The notes below the pieces were generated by a model. The model made no database searches. It was not told where the DNA came from and saw only the letters and a list, made by a program, of their open reading frames with translations. A stretch of 32,000 nt of DNA, from the NCBI RefSeq assembly GCF_001598795.1, contig NZ_BCZP01000009.1:257876-289875 (forward strand). The letters run 5' to 3'. Source of the DNA: Delftia acidovorans NBRC 14950 (GTDB lineage Bacteria > Pseudomonadota > Gammaproteobacteria > Burkholderiales > Burkholderiaceae_C). This document shows positions 24,444-32,000 of this stretch, one piece after another (position 1 is the stretch's first letter; each line of letters begins with the position of its first letter). The position numbers were made by a program, and so were the translations under genes.

Positions 24444-24475
24444 GCTCAAAAGAGCTCAAAAGCTCAAAAAGCTCA
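24444..24475. repeat. Tandem octamer repeat GCTCAAAA (3.5 copies)
   Basis: GCTCAAAA-GA-GCTCAAAA-GCTCAAAAA-GCTCA fills almost the whole 36-nt gap between the integrase stop (24436) and the bioB stop. The last GCTCA contains the bioB stop codon (complement of 24473-24475). Confidence 0.6.
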
Positions 24476-25534
24476 CTCCTGTACCGAGGTCCGCGTGCCG
24501 CTCAGGCCCAGCTTGCGCAGCAGCGTGGTGTCGGCTTCCACATCGGGGTTGCCGGTGACCAGCAGCTTGTCGCCATAGAAGATGGAATTGGCGCCGGCCA
24601 TGAAGCACAGGGCCTGTACGGCGTCGCCCAGCTGCTGCCGGCCCGCCGACAGGCGCACGCGCGCCGTGGGCATGGTGATGCGCGCCACCGCGATCACGCG
24701 CACGAAGTCCAGCGGATCGACCGGCTCGCTGTCCGCCAGCGGCGTGCCGGGCACGCGCACCAGGCTGTTGATGGGCACGGATTCGGGATGGGGGTTGAGA
24801 TTGGCCAGCTGGGCGATCAGACCCGCGCGGTGTACAGGCGCCTCGCCCATGCCGATGATGCCGCCGCAGCACACGCTGATGCCCGCGCCGCGCACGGCCT
24901 TGAGCGTGTCCAGGCGGTCCTGGTACTGGCGCGTGCTGACCACGTCCTGGTAGTACTCGGGCGCGGTGTCCAGGTTGTGGTTGTAGTAGTCCAGGCCCGC
25001 TTCGCGCAGCGACTGCGCCTGGTGCGGCTGGAGCATGCCCAACGTGGCGCAGGTCTGCATTCCCAGACCCTTCACGGCGCCGATCAGCTCGTTCATCTTC
25101 TCGATGTCGCGGTCCTTGGGCGCGCGCCAGGCTGCGCCCATGCAAAAGCGCGTGGCGCCCGCGTCCTTGGCGGCCTGGGCGGCCCGCGTGACTTCGTCCA
25201 CGCTCATGAGCTTTTCCGCCTTGACGCCGGTATCGAACTCTGCCGCCTGCGGGCAGTAGCCGCAGTTCTCGGGGCATCCGCCCGTCTTGACCGACAGCAG
25301 CGTGGCCAGCTCGATGTCGCCCGCAGGCCAGTGCTCGCGGTGCACGCTCTGGGCCTGGAACATCAGGTCCATGAAGGGCTTGTCCAGCAGTTCCTGGATG
25401 GCCTGCACGCTCCAGGCGCCTTCAAACGGCAGTGTGTCGCTTTTTGAGGGGCGTGCATGCCATTGCAGGGGGCTGCCGGCCGCAGGCTGTGCGGAGGTGG
25501 CGGAAGTCGTCGGGGTGGTGCTGCAGGCGGTCAT
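24473..25534 (-). CDS. bioB: Biotin synthase
   Basis: Radical-SAM motif [12 protein letters not shown], plus [26 protein letters not shown] and the C-terminal [11 protein letters not shown]. The track start at 25537 is a TTG; I prefer ATG at 25534, with GAGGAG 7 nt upstream. Confidence 0.93.
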   Translation of the reverse strand: MTACSTTPTTSATSAQPAAGSPLQWHARPSKSDTLPFEGAWSVQAIQELLDKPFMDLMFQAQSVHREHWPAGDIELATLLSVKTGGCPENCGYCPQAAEFDTGVKAEKLMSVDEVTRAAQAAKDAGATRFCMGAAWRAPKDRDIEKMNELIGAVKGLGMQTCATLGMLQPHQAQSLREAGLDYYNHNLDTAPEYYQDVVSTRQYQDRLDTLKAVRGAGISVCCGGIIGMGEAPVHRAGLIAQLANLNPHPESVPINSLVRVPGTPLADSEPVDPLDFVRVIAVARITMPTARVRLSAGRQQLGDAVQALCFMAGANSIFYGDKLLVTGNPDVEADTTLLRKLGLSGTRTSVQE

Positions 25535-25650
25535 CAAAAACTCCTCTGTGGGTCTGCTTTTTTCATTCTGCTGAGCAAAAAACCGTCTGGGAATGAAAAA
25601 GCCGGCTCCTTGGCAAAAATAGTTGCTCCATTTTCATGGCCTGCAAAAAG

Positions 25651-25684
25651 AGCGAACTTCGCTTATTTTTGAGCGATGTTCGCT
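25651..25684. promoter_or_regulatory. Twin 13-nt palindromes AGCGAACTTCGCT / AGCGATGTTCGCT (candidate operator pair)
   Basis: The two near-identical palindromes (25651-25663 and 25672-25684) are separated by TATTTTTG. They lie in the 400-nt gap between the divergent bioB and helicase genes. Confidence 0.3.
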
Positions 25685-25937
25685 GCGTTTTGGCAGAAGT
25701 TTTTATGCCTGCATGCTTCATGCTGCAAGCGCGCAGCCATTGGCGGCCAACATCGCTCAATTGTCCGATGCAGGCCGAAAAAGATGTGCAAGCGGGCGCA
25801 GGCCTTGATTCCCAATACCTGCCAGATGCCTCTCCAAAACGACCACAATGGGTGCCCGCTGTCGTCGCCACGGCGGTTTTCATTGCCACGGCCCGTGCTT
25901 CCGCCCGCTTTCCACCACTTTCCCCCGATTCGCTCCG

Positions 25938-27917
25938 ATGTCCCTGCGCTCCCTGGAATTTCCCACCGATCACGGCCAACCGCTGCTGCTGTCGCGCGAG
26001 CAGCAGGCCATCCTGGCGCATGAGGGACGTTCGGCCATCGTGGCGGCGCTGGCGGGCGTAGGCAAGACGACCACGCTGGCCTGCAAGGTGGTTCAGGCCT
26101 GCCGCAGCGGCCATGCCCAGCGCATCCTGGTGCTGGCCTATTCGCGCTCCGGCGTGGCGGCCTTTCACCACCGGCTCAAGCAACTGGTGCGCGAAGTGCC
26201 GCCGCAGGTACAGATCACCACGGTGGAACGCTGGGCGGCCCAGCAGATCCGCCGCCGCGACCCTGCGGCCCGCTTTCTGGCCGACCGCGTGGCACTGCAG
26301 GCCCGTGTGCGCGAGGCACATGCCGCGCTGTGCGAGCGGCTGGCCTGGCAGCCCGACCCTTTGTTCGAGCAGCCCGGCGATCTGGATCTGGACGCCTTCT
26401 GGGACTTCAACCTCAGCGCCAAGAAGTCGTTGCTGCCCCAGCGCCTGGCCGAGGAAGGCATGGGACTGGCCAGTTTCTGCGAGGAGTATTTGCTCGACTA
26501 CCGCATGGCCGGCCTGTTCTTCGAGTACGAGCGCCGCCGCATCGACCACTGCGGCGACCCGCTGTACTACGCCGAAGGCGACTGCAGCCATGCACTGGCC
26601 AGCGACGCCCTGCAGGGCCAGGCGCTGGACCTGCCGCGCTACGACCTGGTGGTGTTCGACGAGATGCATGACCTGGACCCGGCCTCGCTGCAACTGCTGC
26701 GCGCCCTGGTCGGAACCAGCGGCTGCGCCTTTCTGGGCGCAGGCGACTTCAACCAACACATCGAGGCACAGGCCTGGTCCGTGTTCCGCGACAAGCTCCA
26801 CCAGCTCGATGACTTCCTGCCCCAAGCCACGGCCACGCTGGTGCTGACCCAGTCGCGGCGCTTTGGCCCGCAGATCGCCAAGGCGGTCAATGCGTTGTTC
26901 AACGTTGGCCTGACTGCGGCGCCCACGCGCTTCAGCACCGTGCAGCAACTGCAGCACACCGATGACAGCCAGTGCATTGACCAGCTGCTGCAGATCCAGG
27001 CCGGTCTGGCCCGCGGCACGCCAACGGCGGCGCCGGGTGAGCCCCCGTCGCCCGGCGCGCGCAATCCCTCGCTGACCGTGATCCTGCGCCATGAGCAGGA
27101 TGCCTGCGCGCTGGAATGGGCCATCCACCGCGCCGGCAAGTCCGCCAGCTTCTACGGCTTCAAGCGCTTTTACCTGCAGCGCGAGATTGCCCTGCTGCTG
27201 GGCCTTTGCTATGCACATGGCATGCAGGCGCTGTCATGGAAGGCTGAGACCAGCGTGCTGGGCAGCGAGACCCTGGCGGCCTTTGTGGAAGGTGCGCTTT
27301 TCTACGGCAAGGGCAGTGTGGATGGCGCCGACATGGCCGATCCATCAAGCCGCCACACGCTGGCCCAGCGCATGGCGGGCGAGATGCAGCACAACCCGCA
27401 GATCATCTGGCGATTCCTGGGCAACCAGTCCAGCCTGCAGGGCGGGCAACGCAACTTCCAGGCCTTTGGCAGCTTCTTGCAACTGCCCCTGGCGCTTCAG
27501 TCAGACGCGCGCAGCCTGCTGGAGCAGGCCGATGTCTGGGGCCTTTTTGCGGGCGTGGCCCTGTCGCAGGCCCAGGCGGTGGCCATGCGTCAGCGCGTGA
27601 AGGCCTTCATGGATTCGGTGGCGGGCATGGCCGTGCCCGACATGCTGGCCCAGGTGACCGCCATGGCTACGCGCTTCGAACGAACCGTGCGGGCCGAGCG
27701 CGGCTTCGACTTTCATCTGAGCACCATCGAGGAAGCCAAGGGCAAGGAATACGAGCATGTCGCCCTGCCCTTCATGGAGCCTGGCCGCTTTCCGGCCTCG
27801 GCCCCGCACGCGCTGGCCTTTCTGGAGCGCAACCGCCTGTACGTGGCCATGACGCGCGCCCGAAAAAGGCTGTGGCTGCTGGAGCATGCCGAGCGGCGCG
27901 TCCAGCCTTTCGCCTGA
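25938..27917 (+). CDS. UvrD/Rep-like superfamily 1 helicase (divergent)
   Basis: Start at MSLRSLEFPTDHG (ATG 25938; the track extension is junk). Motif I ALAGVGKTTT. Ia ILVLAYSRSGVAAF. II LVVFDEMHDLD. III FLGAGDFNQHI. IV LTQSRRFGPQI. V LSTIEEAKGKEYEHVALP. VI LYVAMTRARKRLWLL. Confidence 0.85.
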   Translation: MSLRSLEFPTDHGQPLLLSREQQAILAHEGRSAIVAALAGVGKTTTLACKVVQACRSGHAQRILVLAYSRSGVAAFHHRLKQLVREVPPQVQITTVERWAAQQIRRRDPAARFLADRVALQARVREAHAALCERLAWQPDPLFEQPGDLDLDAFWDFNLSAKKSLLPQRLAEEGMGLASFCEEYLLDYRMAGLFFEYERRRIDHCGDPLYYAEGDCSHALASDALQGQALDLPRYDLVVFDEMHDLDPASLQLLRALVGTSGCAFLGAGDFNQHIEAQAWSVFRDKLHQLDDFLPQATATLVLTQSRRFGPQIAKAVNALFNVGLTAAPTRFSTVQQLQHTDDSQCIDQLLQIQAGLARGTPTAAPGEPPSPGARNPSLTVILRHEQDACALEWAIHRAGKSASFYGFKRFYLQREIALLLGLCYAHGMQALSWKAETSVLGSETLAAFVEGALFYGKGSVDGADMADPSSRHTLAQRMAGEMQHNPQIIWRFLGNQSSLQGGQRNFQAFGSFLQLPLALQSDARSLLEQADVWGLFAGVALSQAQAVAMRQRVKAFMDSVAGMAVPDMLAQVTAMATRFERTVRAERGFDFHLSTIEEAKGKEYEHVALPFMEPGRFPASAPHALAFLERNRLYVAMTRARKRLWLLEHAERRVQPFA

Positions 27918-27924
27918 AGGCGTC

Positions 27925-28395
<471 letters not shown>

Positions 28396-28472
28396 TGTCT
28401 CACTCCTGTTGATTTATGAAGAATCACATTGTGGAGCCAATCCGCAAGGCCGCAGCCCATCGCACAGGCGGC

Positions 28473-29318
28473 TCAAAACTCCCCCAGCACCCAGCCGCTG
28501 ATCACCGCAAAGTACTCGCGCAGCCAGGCGTTGGCGCGGATCGTCACGGGCGTGGGTGCACCCACGGTGAAGGCCTGGCCGTAGCCGCTGCGCTCGGCTA
28601 TCCAGCCGGCGCGCAGGGTGTGGAAGTCGCTGGTGACGATGGCGATTGCCGCCTGCGGCTCCACCCCGCGCGCCTGCAGCAGGGGCAGGCTCCAGGCCAG
28701 GTTCAGCGCCGTGCTGGTGCTGCGCTCCTCCATCAGCAGGCGCTCGGGCGGCAGGCCGTGGCGCTGCTGCAGATAGCGCGCCATGATGGCGCCCTCGCTC
28801 TCACTTTCCCCAAAGTCCACCCCGCCGCTGGTGAGCACCAGCGCCTTGGGCTGGCGGGCGGCCAGCTCGGCAGCGCGGTCCAGCCGCTGGGCCAGCGTGA
28901 GCGACGGCTGACCGTCACGCGTGGCACTGCCCAGCACCACGATGGCCTGCACCGGCTGGTCCGGTGGCAACCCGGACGAGGCGGACAGCAGGTGCGCCCA
29001 GAACACCAGCAGGCTGACCAGCCACATCGCCAACGCCGCCCAGCCCAGCCACCAGGCGCGCCGCAGCCAGGCACTGGCGCGCAGCCTGCGCGCAATGGCC
29101 GAGCGCCAGAAGCTGCAGGCCATGAACAGCAGGCCCAGCACCGCTGGCAGCGTCACGCCCAGATTGAACATGCCGCGTGCCATCAGCACCACGGCATCGC
29201 CCAGCAGCACGGAACCAGTGATCAGGCCCAGCCACTGCAAGGGCCCCAGCCGCCGGAAGCCCGAGACGGCGTTGCGTCCGGGCACTGGCCCGGGCGCGGG
29301 AGAGAGCTTGTGCAACAA
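28473..29318 (-). CDS. DUF218 (YdcF/ElyC/SanA-like) membrane protein
   Basis: TTG start at 29318 with GAGGG just upstream, 7 nt after the stop of the lectin gene. Three N-terminal TM spans, then AIVVLGSATRDGQPS, ALVLTSGGVDFGESESEGAIMARYL, ERSTSTALNL and IVTSDFHTLRA. Confidence 0.8.
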   Translation of the reverse strand: MLHKLSPAPGPVPGRNAVSGFRRLGPLQWLGLITGSVLLGDAVVLMARGMFNLGVTLPAVLGLLFMACSFWRSAIARRLRASAWLRRAWWLGWAALAMWLVSLLVFWAHLLSASSGLPPDQPVQAIVVLGSATRDGQPSLTLAQRLDRAAELAARQPKALVLTSGGVDFGESESEGAIMARYLQQRHGLPPERLLMEERSTSTALNLAWSLPLLQARGVEPQAAIAIVTSDFHTLRAGWIAERSGYGQAFTVGAPTPVTIRANAWLREYFAVISGWVLGEF

Positions 29319-29324
29319 GCGCCC

Positions 29325-30152
29325 TCAGTTCCAGCGCTGGTTCGGGCCGCCGGCGCAGGACCACACGATCACGGGCTGGCCCGGCCGGGCATTGCCGCCT
29401 TCGATGTCCAGGCACTTGTTGGCAAAACGGCTGCGGATCTGGCCACGGCTCCAGTCCCATTTCTGGTTGGGCTGGTTGCGGCATTGCCAGGCAATCACCC
29501 GCGCACCATTGCGGGTGTTGCCATCGGCAACGTCCAGGCACAGGTCGCCCACGCGCATCTCGCCATCACGCGTCAACGTGAAACGCTGATTCTCACCGCC
29601 GCTGCAGTGGTAGACGATGAGCCCATTGCCTGGGCGAAGCCCCCCGGATATATCCAGGCACAGCCCGTTCTGGCCACGCACCTCCCGCCCGCCCCACGAG
29701 GGATAGCCGGGCTGCTGGCCCGGATAGCGGTCATCGTTCCATTGCTCGTCGCGGTCACGTTCGCGGTCCTTGTCGCGCTTGTTCGCCAAAATGGCGGCGC
29801 CGGCAATGGCTGCCACGGCGGCACCGGCGATCCATGCGCCCGTGTTGTCGCTCCCGCCTTCCTGGCCCTGCGCGCCCTGGGGCAGGCCGGTCAGGATGCG
29901 GAAACGCCCGCCGCAGCCGTCCTTGACCCACATCTCCCGGCGGCCCAGGTCGTAGCCCCAGTTTTGGTTGTAGCTGCAGTTGCCAGCCAAGGTCTCGACC
30001 AGTTGCACCTGCTGCGCGTCGTCGGGCAGGCTGTAGGTCTGGTAGCGGCCATTGGACATGAGTTGCACCGTCTCTTCGCCTGCATGCGCAGGCAGAACCG
30101 GCAGGATGAAGCTGCTGGCCAGCAGGACGGAAATGCATTTCTTGATTTGCAT
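29325..30152 (-). CDS. Secreted DUF3011-like domain - Gly/Ala hydrophobic segment - ricin-type beta-trefoil lectin
   Basis: Start at MQIKKCISVLLASSFILPVLPAHA (ATG = complement of 30150-30152). VQLVETLAGNCSYNQNWGYDLGRREMWVKDGCGGRF resembles DUF3011. The hydrophobic segment is GAWIAGAAVAAIAGAAILA, followed by the charged KRDKDRERDRDEQ. Three CLD...Q-x-W/F repeats follow (NQRF, NQKW, NQRW). Confidence 0.8.
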   Translation of the reverse strand: MQIKKCISVLLASSFILPVLPAHAGEETVQLMSNGRYQTYSLPDDAQQVQLVETLAGNCSYNQNWGYDLGRREMWVKDGCGGRFRILTGLPQGAQGQEGGSDNTGAWIAGAAVAAIAGAAILANKRDKDRERDRDEQWNDDRYPGQQPGYPSWGGREVRGQNGLCLDISGGLRPGNGLIVYHCSGGENQRFTLTRDGEMRVGDLCLDVADGNTRNGARVIAWQCRNQPNQKWDWSRGQIRSRFANKCLDIEGGNARPGQPVIVWSCAGGPNQRWN

Positions 30153-30472
30153 GGATAGGCTCTTTGACCGTACTTGGTGACGGGAACGCTGCCAACCCGG
30201 AAGAGAGCTGCAGCGGATCTTCAGGCGGCAGAGTTTAACCATGCACAGGCGTCCAAAGCCCTCATCCGCTATTGAATGACGTCAGTGCAGGAAGCGGTCT
30301 TACACCTCGCCAACCCACCCCCTCTGCTCCAGCCATAAACCACACACATTACGGGGTTTTCCTCAACGAATCCGCCAATCGCCGGATGCATTGCCTGAAC
30401 GGGCCCCGAAACCTGCGGAATCCTCCGCCTACTTTCTCGCGGCCCTCCATGCATATCGATCAAGGGGCACAC

Positions 30473-32000
30473 ATGGTTGGCATCGTCAGCGGCAATAGTC
30501 TGGGTCTGGGCAACAGCTCTCTGGCCACACTGGGTCAACGCGCCGCACAGGGCAACGCCTCCCAGGGGCACGGTGGCGAGCAGGTCTTCGTCAACGTCGC
30601 CTCCGGCAACCTCGTCATCGCCCACAACGACGACCAGCTCGTGGCCCACGGCGGCGGCTTCCAGGCCGTGCGCACCTACAACAGCCAAGGCCTGCTCAAT
30701 GACGACAACGCAGACAACTGGAGCTCGGGCTTCTACCGCCGCCAGCTCGTGCTCTCGGGCACTTACGGTCAGGCGGGCAGCACCATCACCCGCACCGAGC
30801 GCGATGGCGCAAGCGCCCTGTTCTCCTGGGATGCCGCCTCCGCCAGCTATGTGAGCACCGATGGCGCCGGCGCCTATGACCGCATCGTGCAGCCAGGCTC
30901 CAGCTACGTCTTCACCGATGGCGCCACCGGCAACCGCGAGTTCCACGACACCGCCACCGGGCGCCTGGACAAATCCGTGGACGCCAGCGGCAACACCACG
31001 GCATATACCTACGACGCCAACGGCAACATCGCCAAACTGGTCAACCCCAGCGGCGAGTCCATCCAGTACGACTACACAGGCAACCTGCTGACCCGCATTC
31101 GCGTGGTCGACAGCCAGGGCGCCACCACCACGCGCACCAGCTATGCCTATGACACGCGCAACCGCCTGTCCCAGGTCACGGTCGATCTCACGCCCCAGGA
31201 CGGCTCCACGGCCGACGGCAAGCTCTACCGCACAAGCTACACCTACCACGGCGACAGCAACCGCATCGCCACACTCACCCAGAGCGACGGCAGCCAGTTG
31301 ACCATCGACTATGTGCAGGTCGGCTCGGAGTTCAAGGTGTCGTCGCTGCGCGACGCGCTGGGCCAGACCACGCGCTTTGCCTACGACACGGCCACACGCA
31401 CCACCCAGGTCACGGACCCTGCCGGCAAGGTCTCCAGCTACGCCTACGACGCCAAGGGCCAGCTGCTGAGCATCACCTCGCCCGCCACCAATGGTGTCTC
31501 TTCCGTCCAGCGCTTCGAGTACAACGCCAACGGCGACCTGATCCGCAGCACCGATGCGGACGGGCGCACGGTCTTCATGGCCTATGACGCCAACGGCAAC
31601 CAGGTGCTGCAGCGCGATGGTGCAGGCAACACCATCACGCGCACCTACAACGCCCAGAACCGCCTGCTCAGCGAGACCGTCTACACCCAGCCCGACCCCG
31701 ACGGCGACGGCGCAGCCCAGGCCTCGGGCGCGCAGACCACGCGCTACGTGTACGACGATGCCACGGGCCTGCAGCTGCGCTTTGCCATCAGCGCCGAAGG
31801 CCGCGTCACCGAATACCGGCGCAATGCCTATGGCGAAGTCATCAGCACGCTGCAGCACCAGACGGCGCGCTATGGCGCAGCCGCTGCCTCGACCGAGGCC
31901 GCCCTGTCGGCATGGAGCGGGCAGCAGAACCTGCAGCAGCTGCAGCGCACCGACTACGTGCTGGACTTCCGGGGCCAGGCCCAGGTCACCACCACCTATG
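30473..32000 (+). CDS. RHS / YD-repeat protein, 5' part (continues beyond the window)
   Basis: Not in the ORF track because it has no stop inside the window. My manual translation from ATG 30473 (AAGGGG RBS upstream) is open to the right edge: MVGIVSGNSLGLGNSSLATLGQRAAQGN... Repeated YD-type units follow: YTYDANGNIAKL, YDYTGNLLTRI, YAYDTRNRLSQV, YTYHGDSNRIATL, FAYDTATRTTQV, YAYDAKGQLLSI, FEYNANGDLIRS, MAYDANGNQVLQ, YVYDDATGLQLRF. Confidence 0.85.
   Translation, partial: MVGIVSGNSLGLGNSSLATLGQRAAQGNASQGHGGEQVFVNVASGNLVIAHNDDQLVAHGGGFQAVRTYNSQGLLNDDNADNWSSGFYRRQLVLSGTYGQAGSTITRTERDGASALFSWDAASASYVSTDGAGAYDRIVQPGSSYVFTDGATGNREFHDTATGRLDKSVDASGNTTAYTYDANGNIAKLVNPSGESIQYDYTGNLLTRIRVVDSQGATTTRTSYAYDTRNRLSQVTVDLTPQDGSTADGKLYRTSYTYHGDSNRIATLTQSDGSQLTIDYVQVGSEFKVSSLRDALGQTTRFAYDTATRTTQVTDPAGKVSSYAYDAKGQLLSITSPATNGVSSVQRFEYNANGDLIRSTDADGRTVFMAYDANGNQVLQRDGAGNTITRTYNAQNRLLSETVYTQPDPDGDGAAQASGAQTTRYVYDDATGLQLRFAISAEGRVTEYRRNAYGEVISTLQHQTARYGAAAASTEAALSAWSGQQNLQQLQRTDYVLDFRGQAQVTTTY

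Larger units (their letters stand above)
22040..24475. mobile_element. Possible minimal integrative module or remnant (KfrA-like + integrase) abutting the 3' end of bioB; boundaries not established
   Basis: A recombinase plus a plasmid-type DNA-binding protein in divergent arrangement, an AT-rich control region, and a short tandem repeat at the right-hand junction. I found no convincing flanking direct repeats or tRNA. Confidence 0.3.

Noticed and set aside
24442-24451. The 10-mer CGGCTCAAAA next to the integrase recurs at 28469-28478, just past the DUF218 stop. The pair could be att-like direct repeats bounding a 4-kb segment (bioB, helicase, VOC).
   Set aside because: Only 10 nt match, and the flanks diverge immediately. 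A chance match of this length is not negligible over both strands of 32 kb. The enclosed genes (bioB and others) look like housekeeping genes rather than cargo.
24444-24475. Whether the GCTCAAAA tandem array or any other repeat could be a CRISPR array.
   Set aside because: The units are 8-9 nt and contiguous, with no spacers. I saw no 25-40-nt repeat/spacer periodicity anywhere in the window.

Overview
GC-rich (about two-thirds G+C by eye, not computed), densely coding chromosomal window. It looks betaproteobacterial/Burkholderiales (Bug/TctC-type binding protein, GC3-rich codons); that taxonomic call is inference only. I support 26 protein genes, one cobalamin riboswitch with its terminator, and several short repeats or operator candidates. 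I saw no rRNA, tRNA or CRISPR array.

Left to right:
(i) A minus-strand cluster of a 2TM protein, an XRE-HTH/degenerate-NTPase protein, and a translationally coupled membrane-anchored intact P-loop NTPase with a pilin-like ectodomain. The last gene runs off the left edge and is absent from the ORF track. This cluster is my best candidate for an undescribed system.
(ii) alkB sandwiched between two paralogous 2OG-Fe(II) oxygenase genes; the second lacks the HxD iron ligands.
(iii) A B12-riboswitch-controlled TonB receptor, a BtuFCD-like ABC importer and a CbiX-like/2Fe-2S fusion.
(iv) A LysR regulator / serine hydrolase pair and a methyl-accepting chemotaxis protein.
(v) Two duplicated GntR-regulator modules (targets: a Bug binding protein and a gamma-glutamyltransferase) sharing an exact 12-mer.
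(vi) A KfrA-like + tyrosine recombinase module abutting the 3' end of bioB.
(vii) An orphan SF1 helicase, a VOC protein, a DUF218 protein, a DUF3011-like/ricin-lectin protein, and the 5' part of an RHS/YD-repeat protein that runs off the right edge and is also absent from the ORF track.

The very long track ORFs of 738, 758, 641, 711, 1313, 551, 580 and 529 aa are antisense shadow frames of these genes. All family calls come from motif recognition by eye; no searches were run.
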